Notes under the pieces: generated by a model | What the model saw: the letters and a program-made list of their open reading frames with translations, nothing else | Databases searched by the model: none | Told to the model about the DNA's origin: nothing | Assembly: GCA_963739085.1 (NCBI GenBank) | Contig: CAVTZA010000004.1 | Location: forward strand, 29,042-93,041 | Reading direction: 5' to 3' | DNA: 64,000 nt | Source of the DNA: an uncultured Actinomycetes bacterium | Lineage (GTDB): Bacteria; Actinomycetota; Thermoleophilia; Gaiellales; Gaiellaceae | Shown here: positions 46,073 through 55,129 of the stretch, one piece after another | Layout: each line of letters begins with the position of its first letter | Numbering within the stretch: position 1 is the stretch's first letter | Program-made: the position numbers and the translations under genes

Positions 46073-46800
46073 CGACCCTGACCGTCCGTGCGCCCGACGG
46101 CTCACCGCTCGTCGACCGGCTCGCGTCCGCGATCCAGGGGCAGATCCTCAGCGGCTCGATCCCGATCGGCACCCGTCTGCGTCAGGAGGCACTCGCTTAC
46201 GAGTTCGGGGTGAGCCGGACACCTGTGCGCGAGGCGCTGCGCAAGCTCCAGGCGACCGGCACCGTCGAGCTCCTGCCCCATCGCGGCGCCGTCGTCCGCG
46301 GGCCGTCCGCACGGGACATCCGCGAGGCCTACGAGGTGCGCGCCGAGCTCGAAGGGCTCGCGGCCGAGCTCGCCGCCGCCCACATCAGCGACCTCCATCT
46401 CCGCCGGTTGCGGGAGGCGGAGGCGCTCTTCCGCAAGTCGGTGTCGGCACTGGTCGCGCGGTCGGGGCCGCTACCGCCGGACTGGACGGACTCGAGCTCG
46501 TGGGTCCAGGCCAACGACCTGTTCCACCAGGCGATCCTCGAAGCGGCGGCGAACGGGCGCCTGATCGCGACGATCGCTGACCTGCACCGGAGCTTCCCCA
46601 GAGACCTCACCTGGGCCGCGATGACCGGGAACTCGCGGCTGCTCGAGGAGAACGTCGAGCAGCACGCCGCCATCCTCTCCGGGATCGAACAGGGAGATCC
46701 CGGAGAGGCGAGGCGCCGCATGGTCGAGCATGTCCGGAGCGCCGGCGAGCTCATCGCCCGCCATTTCGAGCAGGCCGCGGACGCGTCGGCGGCCTCTTAG
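46069..46800 (+). CDS. GntR-family transcriptional regulator (FadR/FCD subfamily)
   Basis: ATGA overlap with the upstream gene. N-terminal wHTH (LRQEALAYEFGVSRTPVREALRKLQATG) and a C-terminal all-helical FCD-like domain. Confidence 0.85.
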   Translation: MTTLTVRAPDGSPLVDRLASAIQGQILSGSIPIGTRLRQEALAYEFGVSRTPVREALRKLQATGTVELLPHRGAVVRGPSARDIREAYEVRAELEGLAAELAAAHISDLHLRRLREAEALFRKSVSALVARSGPLPPDWTDSSSWVQANDLFHQAILEAAANGRLIATIADLHRSFPRDLTWAAMTGNSRLLEENVEQHAAILSGIEQGDPGEARRRMVEHVRSAGELIARHFEQAADASAAS

Positions 46801-47510
46801 GCCGGAGCGAACGTCACCGTCACACTGGCCTCGATCGTCTGCTTGCCGGGCTCGACGGGCGTCGAGGCGACCGAGTCACGCGCCATCGCGGCGTAGGGCA
46901 TCGGCGACGGCTCGTACTCGGCGGACTGCTCGACGACGGCCGTGACACGGCCGACCTTCAGCCCTGCGGCGTCGGCGATCGCGTTCGCCTTGGCGCGGGC
47001 GGCATCGACCGCCTTCGCGAGCGCGTCGCGGTAGAGCTCCTCGCGGTCACCGACCGAGAGCGACGGGCCCGACGCGACGTTGGCGCCTGCACCGACGGCC
47101 TGGTCGATGGCGGCGCCTGCCTTCTCCACCGCGAGCTCGACCGAGACCGTGTTCTGGGCCGTGTAGCCGGTGATGGCCATGCCGTCGCTGTCGCGCTGGG
47201 GCCAGAGCGAGACGTTGCTCGTCTGCAGGTCGTCCTTGGCGACGCCCGCCTTGCGTAGCGCGTCGATCACGCGGCGCAGCCGCTCGGCATTCTCGGCGAG
47301 CGCCGCCTTCGCGCTCGGCGACTGGGTCTCGACGCCGAGCTCGAGCGCGGCCTTGTCCGGAGCGGCCTCGACCTTTCCGGACCCGGTCACGGTGATTCCG
47401 CGGGTCGGGGCTCCCTCGTCGCTGCGCGCTTCCTCCGGCCGGCCGACGCCGGCGACGGCCGCCGCGACGAGAACGAGGGCGGCGACGACTGCGATGCGAA
47501 TCGGTTTCAT
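46797..47510 (-). CDS. SIMPL (DUF541) domain secreted protein
   Basis: Signal peptide, then ITVTGSGKVEAAPDKAALELGVE...TGYTAQNTVSVEL...VEPGKQTIEASVTVTF, the typical SIMPL layout. Confidence 0.75.
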   Translation of the reverse strand: MKPIRIAVVAALVLVAAAVAGVGRPEEARSDEGAPTRGITVTGSGKVEAAPDKAALELGVETQSPSAKAALAENAERLRRVIDALRKAGVAKDDLQTSNVSLWPQRDSDGMAITGYTAQNTVSVELAVEKAGAAIDQAVGAGANVASGPSLSVGDREELYRDALAKAVDAARAKANAIADAAGLKVGRVTAVVEQSAEYEPSPMPYAAMARDSVASTPVEPGKQTIEASVTVTFAPA

Positions 47511-47581
47511 GGGTTCCTCCTGCTCGTGATGCGGGAGATACGGCGCTGAGGCGCTCAGTCGTCACGTACGCTCGCCCGCTT

Positions 47582-48310
47582 GTGACGGAGTACCGGTTCG
47601 TCGACTGCCGCTGGGAGCTCGGCAGGCCAGAGGCCGGGCGTGAGCTCTACCTCGCGGGCCACATCCCCGGCGCCGTGTTCCTCGACGTCGAAGAGGACCT
47701 GTCGGCGCCGCCGGTAGAGGGCGGGGCGCGCCATCCGCTGCCGAGCGCCGAGGCATTCGCCGCCGCGGCCGGTCGGGCGGGGATCGGCCCCGGCGTCCTC
47801 GTCGTCGTCTACGGCTCGGGCGGCGGCGCCGAGCGGCTCTGGTGGCTGCTGCGCCACTTCGGCCACGACGACGTCGCCGTGCTCTCGGATGGGCTGGCCG
47901 CGTGGGCCGGTCCGCTGTCGACGGGCGAGGAGCAGGCGACGCCCGCGGTGTTCGTGCCGCGGCCGCGTTCGGGCGACACGATCGAGGCCGACGAGCTGGC
48001 CTCGCGCCTGGGCGACCCGACGCTCGCAATCGTGGACGCGCGGCTCGCGGAGCGGTTCCGCGGCGAACCGAATCCGATCGATCGCGTCCCGGGGCGCATC
48101 CCCGGCGCGGTCAACCTGCCGTGGCCCGACGGCGGCGAGGTGCCCGCGTCCGTGCTCGACGCCGGCGAGATCGTCGCGTACTGCGGGTCGGGCGTCACCG
48201 CCTGCGTGCCGTTGTTCGCGCTGGCGCGAGCAGGCCGCCCGGACGCAAAGCTCTACGCAGGCTCGTGGAGCGACTGGGAGTCGAGAGACCTCCCGATCGA
48301 ACGTGGCTAG
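47582..48310 (+). CDS. thiosulfate/3-mercaptopyruvate sulfurtransferase (tandem rhodanese)
   Basis: Two rhodanese domains. Active-site loop YCGSGVTAC. Motif GHIPGAVFLD. Confidence 0.85.
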   Translation: MTEYRFVDCRWELGRPEAGRELYLAGHIPGAVFLDVEEDLSAPPVEGGARHPLPSAEAFAAAAGRAGIGPGVLVVVYGSGGGAERLWWLLRHFGHDDVAVLSDGLAAWAGPLSTGEEQATPAVFVPRPRSGDTIEADELASRLGDPTLAIVDARLAERFRGEPNPIDRVPGRIPGAVNLPWPDGGEVPASVLDAGEIVAYCGSGVTACVPLFALARAGRPDAKLYAGSWSDWESRDLPIERG

Positions 48311-48321
48311 AACCGCCGTTT

Positions 48322-48356
48322 CCCGGTGCCAGGCACCGTCAAGAAAGCGTCACGAA
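48322..48356. repeat. short repeat family C, copy C2 (intergenic, between convergent genes)
   Basis: cccggtgccaggcaccgtcaagaaagcgtcacgaa lies 12 nt after the rhodanese stop and matches 17290..17325. Confidence 0.8.
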
Positions 48357-48406
48357 CCATCCACAGGCTCCGCGCCACCTGCTAGCCGCCGGCGGCGGCC
48401 CCGTCG

Positions 48407-48913
48407 CTAGTGCATCCACGGAGCCGCGAGCTCCTGAGCCCGCGCCTCGGTGATGCCGTCACGCTGCTCCGCGCGGAGCACGTGGTCCGTCTCGACGAGC
48501 TCGACCGTCGGCAGCAGGTTGACCTCCCGTAGCTGAAGCATCACGGGCAGGCCCAACGTGCCGGCATAGGGCGGGAGCTCGTTCGCCAGCCTCCCGGCGA
48601 AGGGCGGCTCGCGGAGCCCACGCTCGTCGTGCCAGAGCTCGCGGAGGCGGTCGTAGCTCCGGCCGTCGACCTCGACCCACGTCCCGTACCCGAAATAGCG
48701 GTCGAGCTCCGGAATCGGGATCTGCAGCAGCGCCCGGACATAGCAATGCTCCCGGCCCTCGGCCGAGCGGTAGAAGCCGCTGTCCTCGCCCATCTCCGCG
48801 CGCTCGTCTCGCTCCTCGTCCGACAGCGCGTAGACCTCCTCGGGAAGGCCCATGCGGATGTCGAGCAGCACTTCGTCGTGGTGCTGTCCGCAGACGCTGC
48901 AGACGAAGCCCAC
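48407..48913 (-). CDS. DUF2199-like hypothetical protein
   Basis: GTG at 48913. The N-terminal FVCSVCGQHHD and the following LPEEVYALSDEER... resemble DUF2199. 8-nt gap after the HNH gene. Confidence 0.5.
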   Translation of the reverse strand: MGFVCSVCGQHHDEVLLDIRMGLPEEVYALSDEERDERAEMGEDSGFYRSAEGREHCYVRALLQIPIPELDRYFGYGTWVEVDGRSYDRLRELWHDERGLREPPFAGRLANELPPYAGTLGLPVMLQLREVNLLPTVELVETDHVLRAEQRDGITEARAQELAAPWMH

Positions 48914-48921
48914 GACGACGC

Positions 48922-49434
48922 CTATGCGGCCGAGGAGAACATGTCGAGGTAGGGCTGCCAGCGGTGCGGGATCCGCTGGGCCGCCAGGCGGATGAAGAGC
49001 ACCGGCGCGGGGGGCTTCGGCATCGACGACAGTGCCAGGCCGCTCTCCTCGAGCGACCGGTCGCCCTTGCGCAGGTTGCAGGGCGCGCACGCCGTGACCA
49101 CGTTCTCCCAGACGGACTCGCCTCCCCGTGACCGCGGCACCACGTGGTCGAGCGTCAGCCGCCCGCCCGAGGTCCCGCAGTAGACGCAGCGCCACCCGTC
49201 CCGGGCGAACAGCGCTCGACGCGAGATCTTCCGCTGGATCGCACGTGGCACGCGCACGTAGTGCAGGAGCCGGATCACGTGCGGCCAGGGGAAGGTGGCG
49301 ACCGCGGCACGCAGAGGCTTCTCGAGCTGCTCGATCACCTCGGCCTTGCCCTTGAACACCAGAACGTGGGCGCGCCGAACCGTGCACACGTTCAGCGGTT
49401 CGTAACTCGCGTTCAGCACGAGTACCTGCCCCAT
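48922..49434 (-). CDS. HNH endonuclease family protein
   Basis: CVYCG...LTLDHVVPRSRGGESVWENVVTACAPCNLRKG is an HNH motif with a zinc-finger cysteine pair. Confidence 0.85.
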   Translation of the reverse strand: MGQVLVLNASYEPLNVCTVRRAHVLVFKGKAEVIEQLEKPLRAAVATFPWPHVIRLLHYVRVPRAIQRKISRRALFARDGWRCVYCGTSGGRLTLDHVVPRSRGGESVWENVVTACAPCNLRKGDRSLEESGLALSSMPKPPAPVLFIRLAAQRIPHRWQPYLDMFSSAA

Positions 49435-49513
49435 ACCCCGCTGAAATGTACCCGTCGCGGCCGCGATTGCGAACCATCTGGCCCCGCGACCGCGCGAACT
49501 AGGATGGCGCGTC

Positions 49514-49981
49514 GTGAGCGGAACCGTCCTCGGAGCGATCGCTCTCGGCGCTGCCGTCCTCGCCCTTGTCGTAGCCGGCGCGATGTACCTCAAGCTGCGC
49601 CGGATCCGCAGCGCGCAGTCGATCCTCCTCGGCGGCAGCAAGAACGACCTCGTCGACTTCGCCGTCTCGCTCCAGGGCCGGATCGACGACCTGCACCGGG
49701 CCGTGGACGAGGTGGCGACGGGGCTCTCGCGGGTCGACCGTCGCGTAGACGCCTGCGTCTCGAAGACCTCGATCGTCCGCTACGACGCCTACGAGGGAGC
49801 CGGCGGCCACCAGTCCGCGTCGCTCGCGTTCCTCGACTCGGGCCGCTCCGGCGTGGTGGTCAGCGCGATCCAGGGCCGCGACTACGCGCGCATCTACGTC
49901 AAGGAGCTCGACCGCGGCCGCGCTCCCGTCGCGCTCTCGCCCGAGGAGCAGGAAGCGGTCGAGCGCGCGATGGCCTCCTGA
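49514..49981 (+). CDS. DUF4446-like membrane-anchored protein
   Basis: N-terminal TM helix, then ...RYDAYEGAGGHQSASLAFLDSGRSGVVVSAIQGRDYARIYVKEL..., as in DUF4446. Confidence 0.6.
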   Translation: MSGTVLGAIALGAAVLALVVAGAMYLKLRRIRSAQSILLGGSKNDLVDFAVSLQGRIDDLHRAVDEVATGLSRVDRRVDACVSKTSIVRYDAYEGAGGHQSASLAFLDSGRSGVVVSAIQGRDYARIYVKELDRGRAPVALSPEEQEAVERAMAS

Positions 49982-49993
49982 CCCTCGGCGTAC

Positions 49994-51148
49994 CTAGGTT
50001 CCGAGCGAGAAGATCACCGGATATTCCGCGGTGTTGTTCGACGTCCGCGTCTCGCCCTTCACCGGCTGCACCTCGACCTTGATCGACGTCCGCGTCGCGA
50101 ACGGCACCTGACCGATGTTGCGGAAGGTCACGGTCTGACGCTCGCCGGGATTGATGATCGGCACCGTCTGCCGCTTCACGATGTTCTGCGGCTGCTTCTG
50201 AATCGTGAGCGTGACGGGCACCCGTACCTCCTGCGAGCAGCCGGTGTCCTCGATCGTGACGGCGAAGCCGAGGTTCTCCGAGGCCTCGACGGTGTTGAGC
50301 GTCTGCGTCGACAGCTCCGTTCCGGACGGTAAGGCCTTGAGCGACACGAGGCCGGTACCGCGCGGGCTGCACTGACTGCCGCCCGTCGAGGCTCCCCGGA
50401 CGCGTTGCCAGATCGCGGACATCAGGCGCGGCGTCGCCAGATCGGGGTCGCGTAAGAAGTTCGAGTCGGGCACCTGGACGCCCCGGACGTCCTGCTCGGC
50501 GAGCACCGCCCGTGCCGGCTCCTTGAAGAGGTCGTCCCAGACGACGTCGCTCGCGAGCAGCCGCCTCGCCTGGGCGGCGAGGGCCTGTCCGGCCGTGCTC
50601 GCGCTCTTGATCTGCGCGGTCTGCCCGAACGCGCGCTCGAGCCCGCGCAGGCCGCTCACCCGCAGCTGCAGCGACTCGACCACGGCGGGATGGACGTCGC
50701 GCAACGCGCCGGGCGGGTCGATGTCCTCGGCCTTGGCGACACCCTGCTCCTGCTGCTGGGCGAGCCCGGAGAGCTGCTGGCGGATGTCGGCCAGCTTCGC
50801 GCCCGGGTCCGTGAGCAGGTTGTTGAGCCGCCGGCCGATCTGCTCCGACTGAACCGCGACCTCGCCGGTGTCGTCCATGTAGTTCTCGTATGTGTCGCGC
50901 TTCTGCGAGCCGCGGCAGCTCTGCACCGCGAACACCAGCAGCACGACGATGAGGATCGCGAACGCGATCAGCCCCACGAGCCGCAGCAGCGGCGTGACGC
51001 CGGCCGGCGGCCTGATCGGAGGGCGCCCGCCGCGCCGGACCGGCCGCTTCTCCTGAGCCTCGGTTGTAGCGGGCTCGTCCTCGAAGAAGTCGAACTCGAT
51101 GTCGCTGTCTTGCTCGCTCATGGCAATCGGCGCCGCCGGATCTGGCAC
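49994..51148 (-). CDS. membrane-anchored hypothetical protein with C-terminal CARDB-like domain
   Basis: Acidic N-terminus, one TM helix (LLRLVGLIAFAILIVVLLVFAV), and a C-terminal beta-rich region ending ...GETRTSNNTAEYPVIF. An alternative start is ATG 51121. Confidence 0.55.
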   Translation of the reverse strand: MPDPAAPIAMSEQDSDIEFDFFEDEPATTEAQEKRPVRRGGRPPIRPPAGVTPLLRLVGLIAFAILIVVLLVFAVQSCRGSQKRDTYENYMDDTGEVAVQSEQIGRRLNNLLTDPGAKLADIRQQLSGLAQQQEQGVAKAEDIDPPGALRDVHPAVVESLQLRVSGLRGLERAFGQTAQIKSASTAGQALAAQARRLLASDVVWDDLFKEPARAVLAEQDVRGVQVPDSNFLRDPDLATPRLMSAIWQRVRGASTGGSQCSPRGTGLVSLKALPSGTELSTQTLNTVEASENLGFAVTIEDTGCSQEVRVPVTLTIQKQPQNIVKRQTVPIINPGERQTVTFRNIGQVPFATRTSIKVEVQPVKGETRTSNNTAEYPVIFSLGT

Positions 51149-51219
51149 TGTAACTGGACGGTCGGCCGAGAACGGCGCAAAAAGGATTCTCGCCGCCGGG
51201 AGCCAACCCGGAGGCCACC

Positions 51220-52821
51220 GTGTCGACCACGCTCGTCTCCCCGCCGGGCTCGGAGCTCGTCCTCGGCCGCTACCGCCCGCTCCGCCCGCTGGGGAGCGGC
51301 GGCGCGGGATCGGTCTGGCTCGCCCGTGACGAGGCGTCGGGCCTCGACGTCGCGCTCAAGCTCGTCCCACGCGAGGGCAAGCCCGCCGCCCGCGCCGAGC
51401 GCGAGGCCGCCACCGCCGCCCGGTTGAGGCACCCCAACTGCCTGCGCGCGTTCGCGCTCGCCCACGACGAGCGCCACGTCTACATCGCGTACGAGTACGT
51501 CCCGGGCCACACCCTCCGTCAGCGCATGCGCGAGGGCACGCTCACCGACCGGGAGCTCGTCGAGGCGGCGGCGCAGGTGCTCGACGGCCTTGCGCACGCG
51601 CACCGGAACGGGATCGTGCACCGCGACGTCAAGCCGTCGAACGTCCTGCTGGAGGACGGCGAGGCGATCCACGCGCGACTGTCCGACTTCGGCCTCGCCC
51701 ACTTCGAGGAGGCCGAGACGCTCACGGCGCAGGGCGACGTGCCCGGCACGCTCGCGTACATCTCGCCCGAGCGCCTCCGCGGGAATCCGGGCACGCCTGC
51801 CGCGGACATCTGGGCGGTCGGTGTCCTGCTCTGGGAGGCGCTCGCCGCACGGCATCCCTTCCTGACCGGATCGCCCGTGGAGATGGCCCGGAAGATCGAG
51901 GTGGGCCCGCCGCCGCTGAGCCAGGCGCGGCCGGACCTCCCCGACGCCCTCGTCAAGCTCGTCGCACGCGCCACGGCGCTCGAGCCGGCGCGAAGACCCG
52001 CAGCCGACCGCCTGGCCGCCGGCCTACGACACTCGGTCGAGACCCCGCGAAAGCGGCAGGCGCCGGCGAAGAGGGAGCAACACGCTCAGAGCCCGCTCCC
52101 GGACGTCCACAGGATCACGGCGCCGATCCTGGCGGCCGTGGTCACCGGCTGGAGCACCTCCGCCTTGCCCTTCTTCCCGACCGGCTGGCCGCTCGGCCTC
52201 GCCGCCCTCGCCGCCGGGCTGACCGCGCTCCGGCCGCGGGCAGGTCTCGCATTGGCGCTCACCGCGCCTGTGTTCCCGCTCGGAAACCTCTCGGAGGGCG
52301 TCGCACTGCTCTATGCAGCCGCCGCCACGGTCTGGCTCGCGCTGTCATGGCGTACTCCACGCGAGGCGCTCCTGCCGGCGATCGGACCGCTCCTCGGCCT
52401 CGTCTCGCTGCTGGCGCTGCTCCCCCTGCTGCTGGGCACCGTCACGAGCACGACGCGCCGCGCCCTCTACGCTGCCATGGCGGTCGTTCTGGCGACGATC
52501 GTCGCGGGCATCCGTCGCTCGCCTCTTCCGCTAACGGGAGAGGGGCCGCCGCTCGTACCGCTCGCGGGGCTCAGCGGACCGTCGGAAGCGGCGAGACGGC
52601 TGCTCGACGCCGTTCCCGCCGTCCTCGCCTTCGAGCTGGTCGTGCTGGCGGTCGCGGCGGCCGCGCTGCCGTACATCGCGAGACGGAGTCTCTGGGAGCT
52701 CGCAGGCTTCGGCGCGGCGCTGATGGCGGCGCTCCTGCTGCCCGATCCGCGCATCGCCGCGCTGCCCGCCGTCGCGGCCGTCTGGCTGACCTGTGGGGTG
52801 TACGCGCTGAAGCGTGGGTGA
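51220..52821 (+). CDS. Ser/Thr protein kinase fused to a polytopic membrane domain
   Basis: Hanks kinase motifs (GSGGAGSVWLA, VALK, HRDVKPSNVLL, DFGLA, ISPE) are followed by about 250 aa with multiple hydrophobic helices. Confidence 0.85.
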   Translation: MSTTLVSPPGSELVLGRYRPLRPLGSGGAGSVWLARDEASGLDVALKLVPREGKPAARAEREAATAARLRHPNCLRAFALAHDERHVYIAYEYVPGHTLRQRMREGTLTDRELVEAAAQVLDGLAHAHRNGIVHRDVKPSNVLLEDGEAIHARLSDFGLAHFEEAETLTAQGDVPGTLAYISPERLRGNPGTPAADIWAVGVLLWEALAARHPFLTGSPVEMARKIEVGPPPLSQARPDLPDALVKLVARATALEPARRPAADRLAAGLRHSVETPRKRQAPAKREQHAQSPLPDVHRITAPILAAVVTGWSTSALPFFPTGWPLGLAALAAGLTALRPRAGLALALTAPVFPLGNLSEGVALLYAAAATVWLALSWRTPREALLPAIGPLLGLVSLLALLPLLLGTVTSTTRRALYAAMAVVLATIVAGIRRSPLPLTGEGPPLVPLAGLSGPSEAARRLLDAVPAVLAFELVVLAVAAAALPYIARRSLWELAGFGAALMAALLLPDPRIAALPAVAAVWLTCGVYALKRG

Positions 52822-52851
52822 CCGCGCTTCCCCCTCGTTACCCTTCCGCGC

Positions 52852-53628
52852 GTGAGCATGCTTCGCACGATCGAGGGCAAGATCGAGTCCCTCTTCGAGG
52901 GCGTCTTCGGCCGGGCGTTCCGCACCCACGTGCAGCCAGTCGAGATCGCGCGCAGACTGGCGAAGGAGATGGACGACCACCGCACGGTGTCGGTCTCGCG
53001 GGTGTATGTCCCGAACGAGTACACGATCTACCTCGCGCCGCAGGACCGGGAGCAGTTCGAGAGCTACGAGAGCTCGCTGCTGATCGAGCTCCAGGACTAC
53101 CTCTCCGAGCAGGCCAGGCGGGAGCGCTACGCCCTGCTCTCCCCGCCGAAAGTGCTGATGGAGACGGACGAGGACCTGGACATGGGCTGGTTCGGAATCG
53201 CGACGCGGATGGTGCAGCCGAAGGGCCGCCCGCCGGAGGAAGGGACGCCCGCGCCACAGGAGGAGCCGGGCGCGACGATGGTCTACAAGCCGAAGGCGCC
53301 GCCGCCGACCGAGGTCGCCACCCCGGAGGAGCTCGGCGTCGAGCGCGAGATCGTCTCGCTCACCGCTGACGGCGAGCGGCACGTGCTCGACAAGCGCAGC
53401 GTCGTCCTCGGCCGCTCACGGGATTGCGACATCCGCATCGACGACCCCAACGTCTCGCGCCACCACGCCGAGATCCGCCAGGAGGGCGCGACCTACTGGA
53501 TCGTCGATCTCGGCTCGACCAACGGCATGGAGGTCAACGGTCGCCGCGTCAAGCGCGCGAAGCTCGAGGATGCCGACCGCATCAACCTGGGCTCGACCGA
53601 GCTCACCTTCGGCCGCAGCTTCCAGTGA
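52852..53628 (+). CDS. fhaA: FHA-domain protein FhaA (DUF3662 + FHA)
   Basis: N-terminal LRTIEGKIESLFEGVFGRAFRTHVQPVEIARRLAKEMDDHR, and a C-terminal FHA domain (VVLGRSRDCDIRIDDPNVSRHHAEI...STNGMEVNG). Confidence 0.9.
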   Translation: MSMLRTIEGKIESLFEGVFGRAFRTHVQPVEIARRLAKEMDDHRTVSVSRVYVPNEYTIYLAPQDREQFESYESSLLIELQDYLSEQARRERYALLSPPKVLMETDEDLDMGWFGIATRMVQPKGRPPEEGTPAPQEEPGATMVYKPKAPPPTEVATPEELGVEREIVSLTADGERHVLDKRSVVLGRSRDCDIRIDDPNVSRHHAEIRQEGATYWIVDLGSTNGMEVNGRRVKRAKLEDADRINLGSTELTFGRSFQ

Positions 53629-54110
53629 TCGCCGTCTCCACGGTCGACGTCGAGGAGCTGCTGCTCGGGTTGAAGATCGCCTTCCTCGTGCTCCTGTACC
53701 TGTTCATCTGGCGGATCGTCCGCACGGCCAGCAAGGATCTCCGTCTGCCGCAGGAGAGCTTCATCCTCGACCCCGAGCAAGCTGCCGCGCTGCGCAAGCC
53801 GGAGGAGTTCCAGACGGGCGAGCTGGTCGTGATCCAGAGCCCGGCCCTCGTGGAGGGCGAGCGGTACACGCTCAACTCTGCGGCGCTCACGATCGGTCGC
53901 AGCCGCGAGAACGACGTCTCGCTCGACGCGGACGAGTTCGCCTCCTCTCGGCACGCGCGCGTCGAGCCCAGGCGCGACGGGGTCTGGCTCGAAGACGTGG
54001 ACTCCACGAACGGCACCTTCCTCAACGGCGCGCAGGTCAACCGGCCGCGGGCGCTGAAGCCGGGGGACGTGATCCGCGTAGGTGAGACCGACCTGAGGTT
54101 CGAGCAGTGA
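53625..54110 (+). CDS. fhaB: FHA-domain protein FhaB (membrane anchor + FHA)
   Basis: GTGA overlap with fhaA. TM helix (LKIAFLVLLYLFIW) and an FHA domain (TIGRSRENDVSLDADEFASSRHARV...STNGTFLNG). Confidence 0.85.
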   Translation: MIAVSTVDVEELLLGLKIAFLVLLYLFIWRIVRTASKDLRLPQESFILDPEQAAALRKPEEFQTGELVVIQSPALVEGERYTLNSAALTIGRSRENDVSLDADEFASSRHARVEPRRDGVWLEDVDSTNGTFLNGAQVNRPRALKPGDVIRVGETDLRFEQ

Positions 54111-55129
54111 CGCTCCGCACCGCACACCTGACCCACCCGGGCCGCAAGCGCCGCCACAACGAGGACTCGTACATTCACGAGCCGCCGCTGTTCGCGGTCG
54201 CGGACGGCATGGGCGGCGCGAAGGCCGGCGAGGTCGCCTCCGGCCTGGCGGTCGACGCGCTGAGGCTTCGCCCGGACATCGGCGGCGACGCCAAGGCCTA
54301 CGTGGTCGACCTGATTCAGGAGGCGAACCGGCGCGTCTACACGCGCGCCACCGAGGACGCGTCCGCCGCGGGCATGGGAACGACGATGACCGTCGCGCTG
54401 GTCGACGACGACGCCGGCCGCGTGACGATCGGGCACGTGGGCGACTCGAGGGCGTACCGCGTCCGCGACGGGAAGCTCGAGCAGCTGACCGACGACCACT
54501 CGCTCGTCGGCGAGCTGATCCGCAGCGGCAAGCTCACGCGCGAGGAGGCCCACGTGCACCCCCAGCGATCGGTGATCACACGCGCGCTCGGCACCGATCC
54601 GGACGTCGACGTCGACACCTTCGTCGTCGACGCCCGACCGGGCGACACGTTCCTGATCTGCTCCGACGGGCTCAGCTCGATGGTCAGCGACCAGACGATC
54701 CTCGACGTCGTGCGCGAGCACCCGCGCGACTTGCAGGCGGCGGCGAAGGGGCTGATCGCGGCGGCGAACCGCGGCGGCGGCGACGACAACATCACGGTCG
54801 TCGTCTTCGCCCTCGACGCCGAGGGTGAGGTCGACGGCGACGGCGCGACCCTACGCATGGAGGCGATTCCGCCGCCGAGCGAGGAGGAGAGCGAGTCCGA
54901 CGACGAGGACACGCTCTCCGGCCTGGAAGCCGCCCCCGCGGTCGGGACGATGGTCGTGAGCGTCGACGAGCTTCAGCAGCAGGCAGCGGCCGACGAGGAC
55001 GCCGCGGACGAGCACCGCCGCGCGTGGCGGGGAAGCGTGCTCGCACTGGTCGCCCTGCTCGCCTTCCTCGCCGTGCTGGCGCTGCTGCTGCTGTGGGCGG
55101 CCGCGAACGGCGGGATTGCGGTGCCGTGA
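54107..55129 (+). CDS. pstP: PP2C-family Ser/Thr phosphatase
   Basis: Motifs RKRRHNEDS, VADGMGG, GDSRAY and CSDGL...GGGDDNITVV, with a C-terminal TM helix. Confidence 0.9.
   Translation: MTLRTAHLTHPGRKRRHNEDSYIHEPPLFAVADGMGGAKAGEVASGLAVDALRLRPDIGGDAKAYVVDLIQEANRRVYTRATEDASAAGMGTTMTVALVDDDAGRVTIGHVGDSRAYRVRDGKLEQLTDDHSLVGELIRSGKLTREEAHVHPQRSVITRALGTDPDVDVDTFVVDARPGDTFLICSDGLSSMVSDQTILDVVREHPRDLQAAAKGLIAAANRGGGDDNITVVVFALDAEGEVDGDGATLRMEAIPPPSEEESESDDEDTLSGLEAAPAVGTMVVSVDELQQQAAADEDAADEHRRAWRGSVLALVALLAFLAVLALLLLWAAANGGIAVP

Noticed and set aside
48407-49981. HNH endonuclease with the flanking DUF2199 and DUF4446 genes as a defence or toxin-type module.
   Set aside because: There is no partner methylase, ATPase or immunity-like gene. 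From memory (not checked against a database), HNH next to DUF4446 is a common conserved housekeeping-type neighbourhood in actinobacteria.
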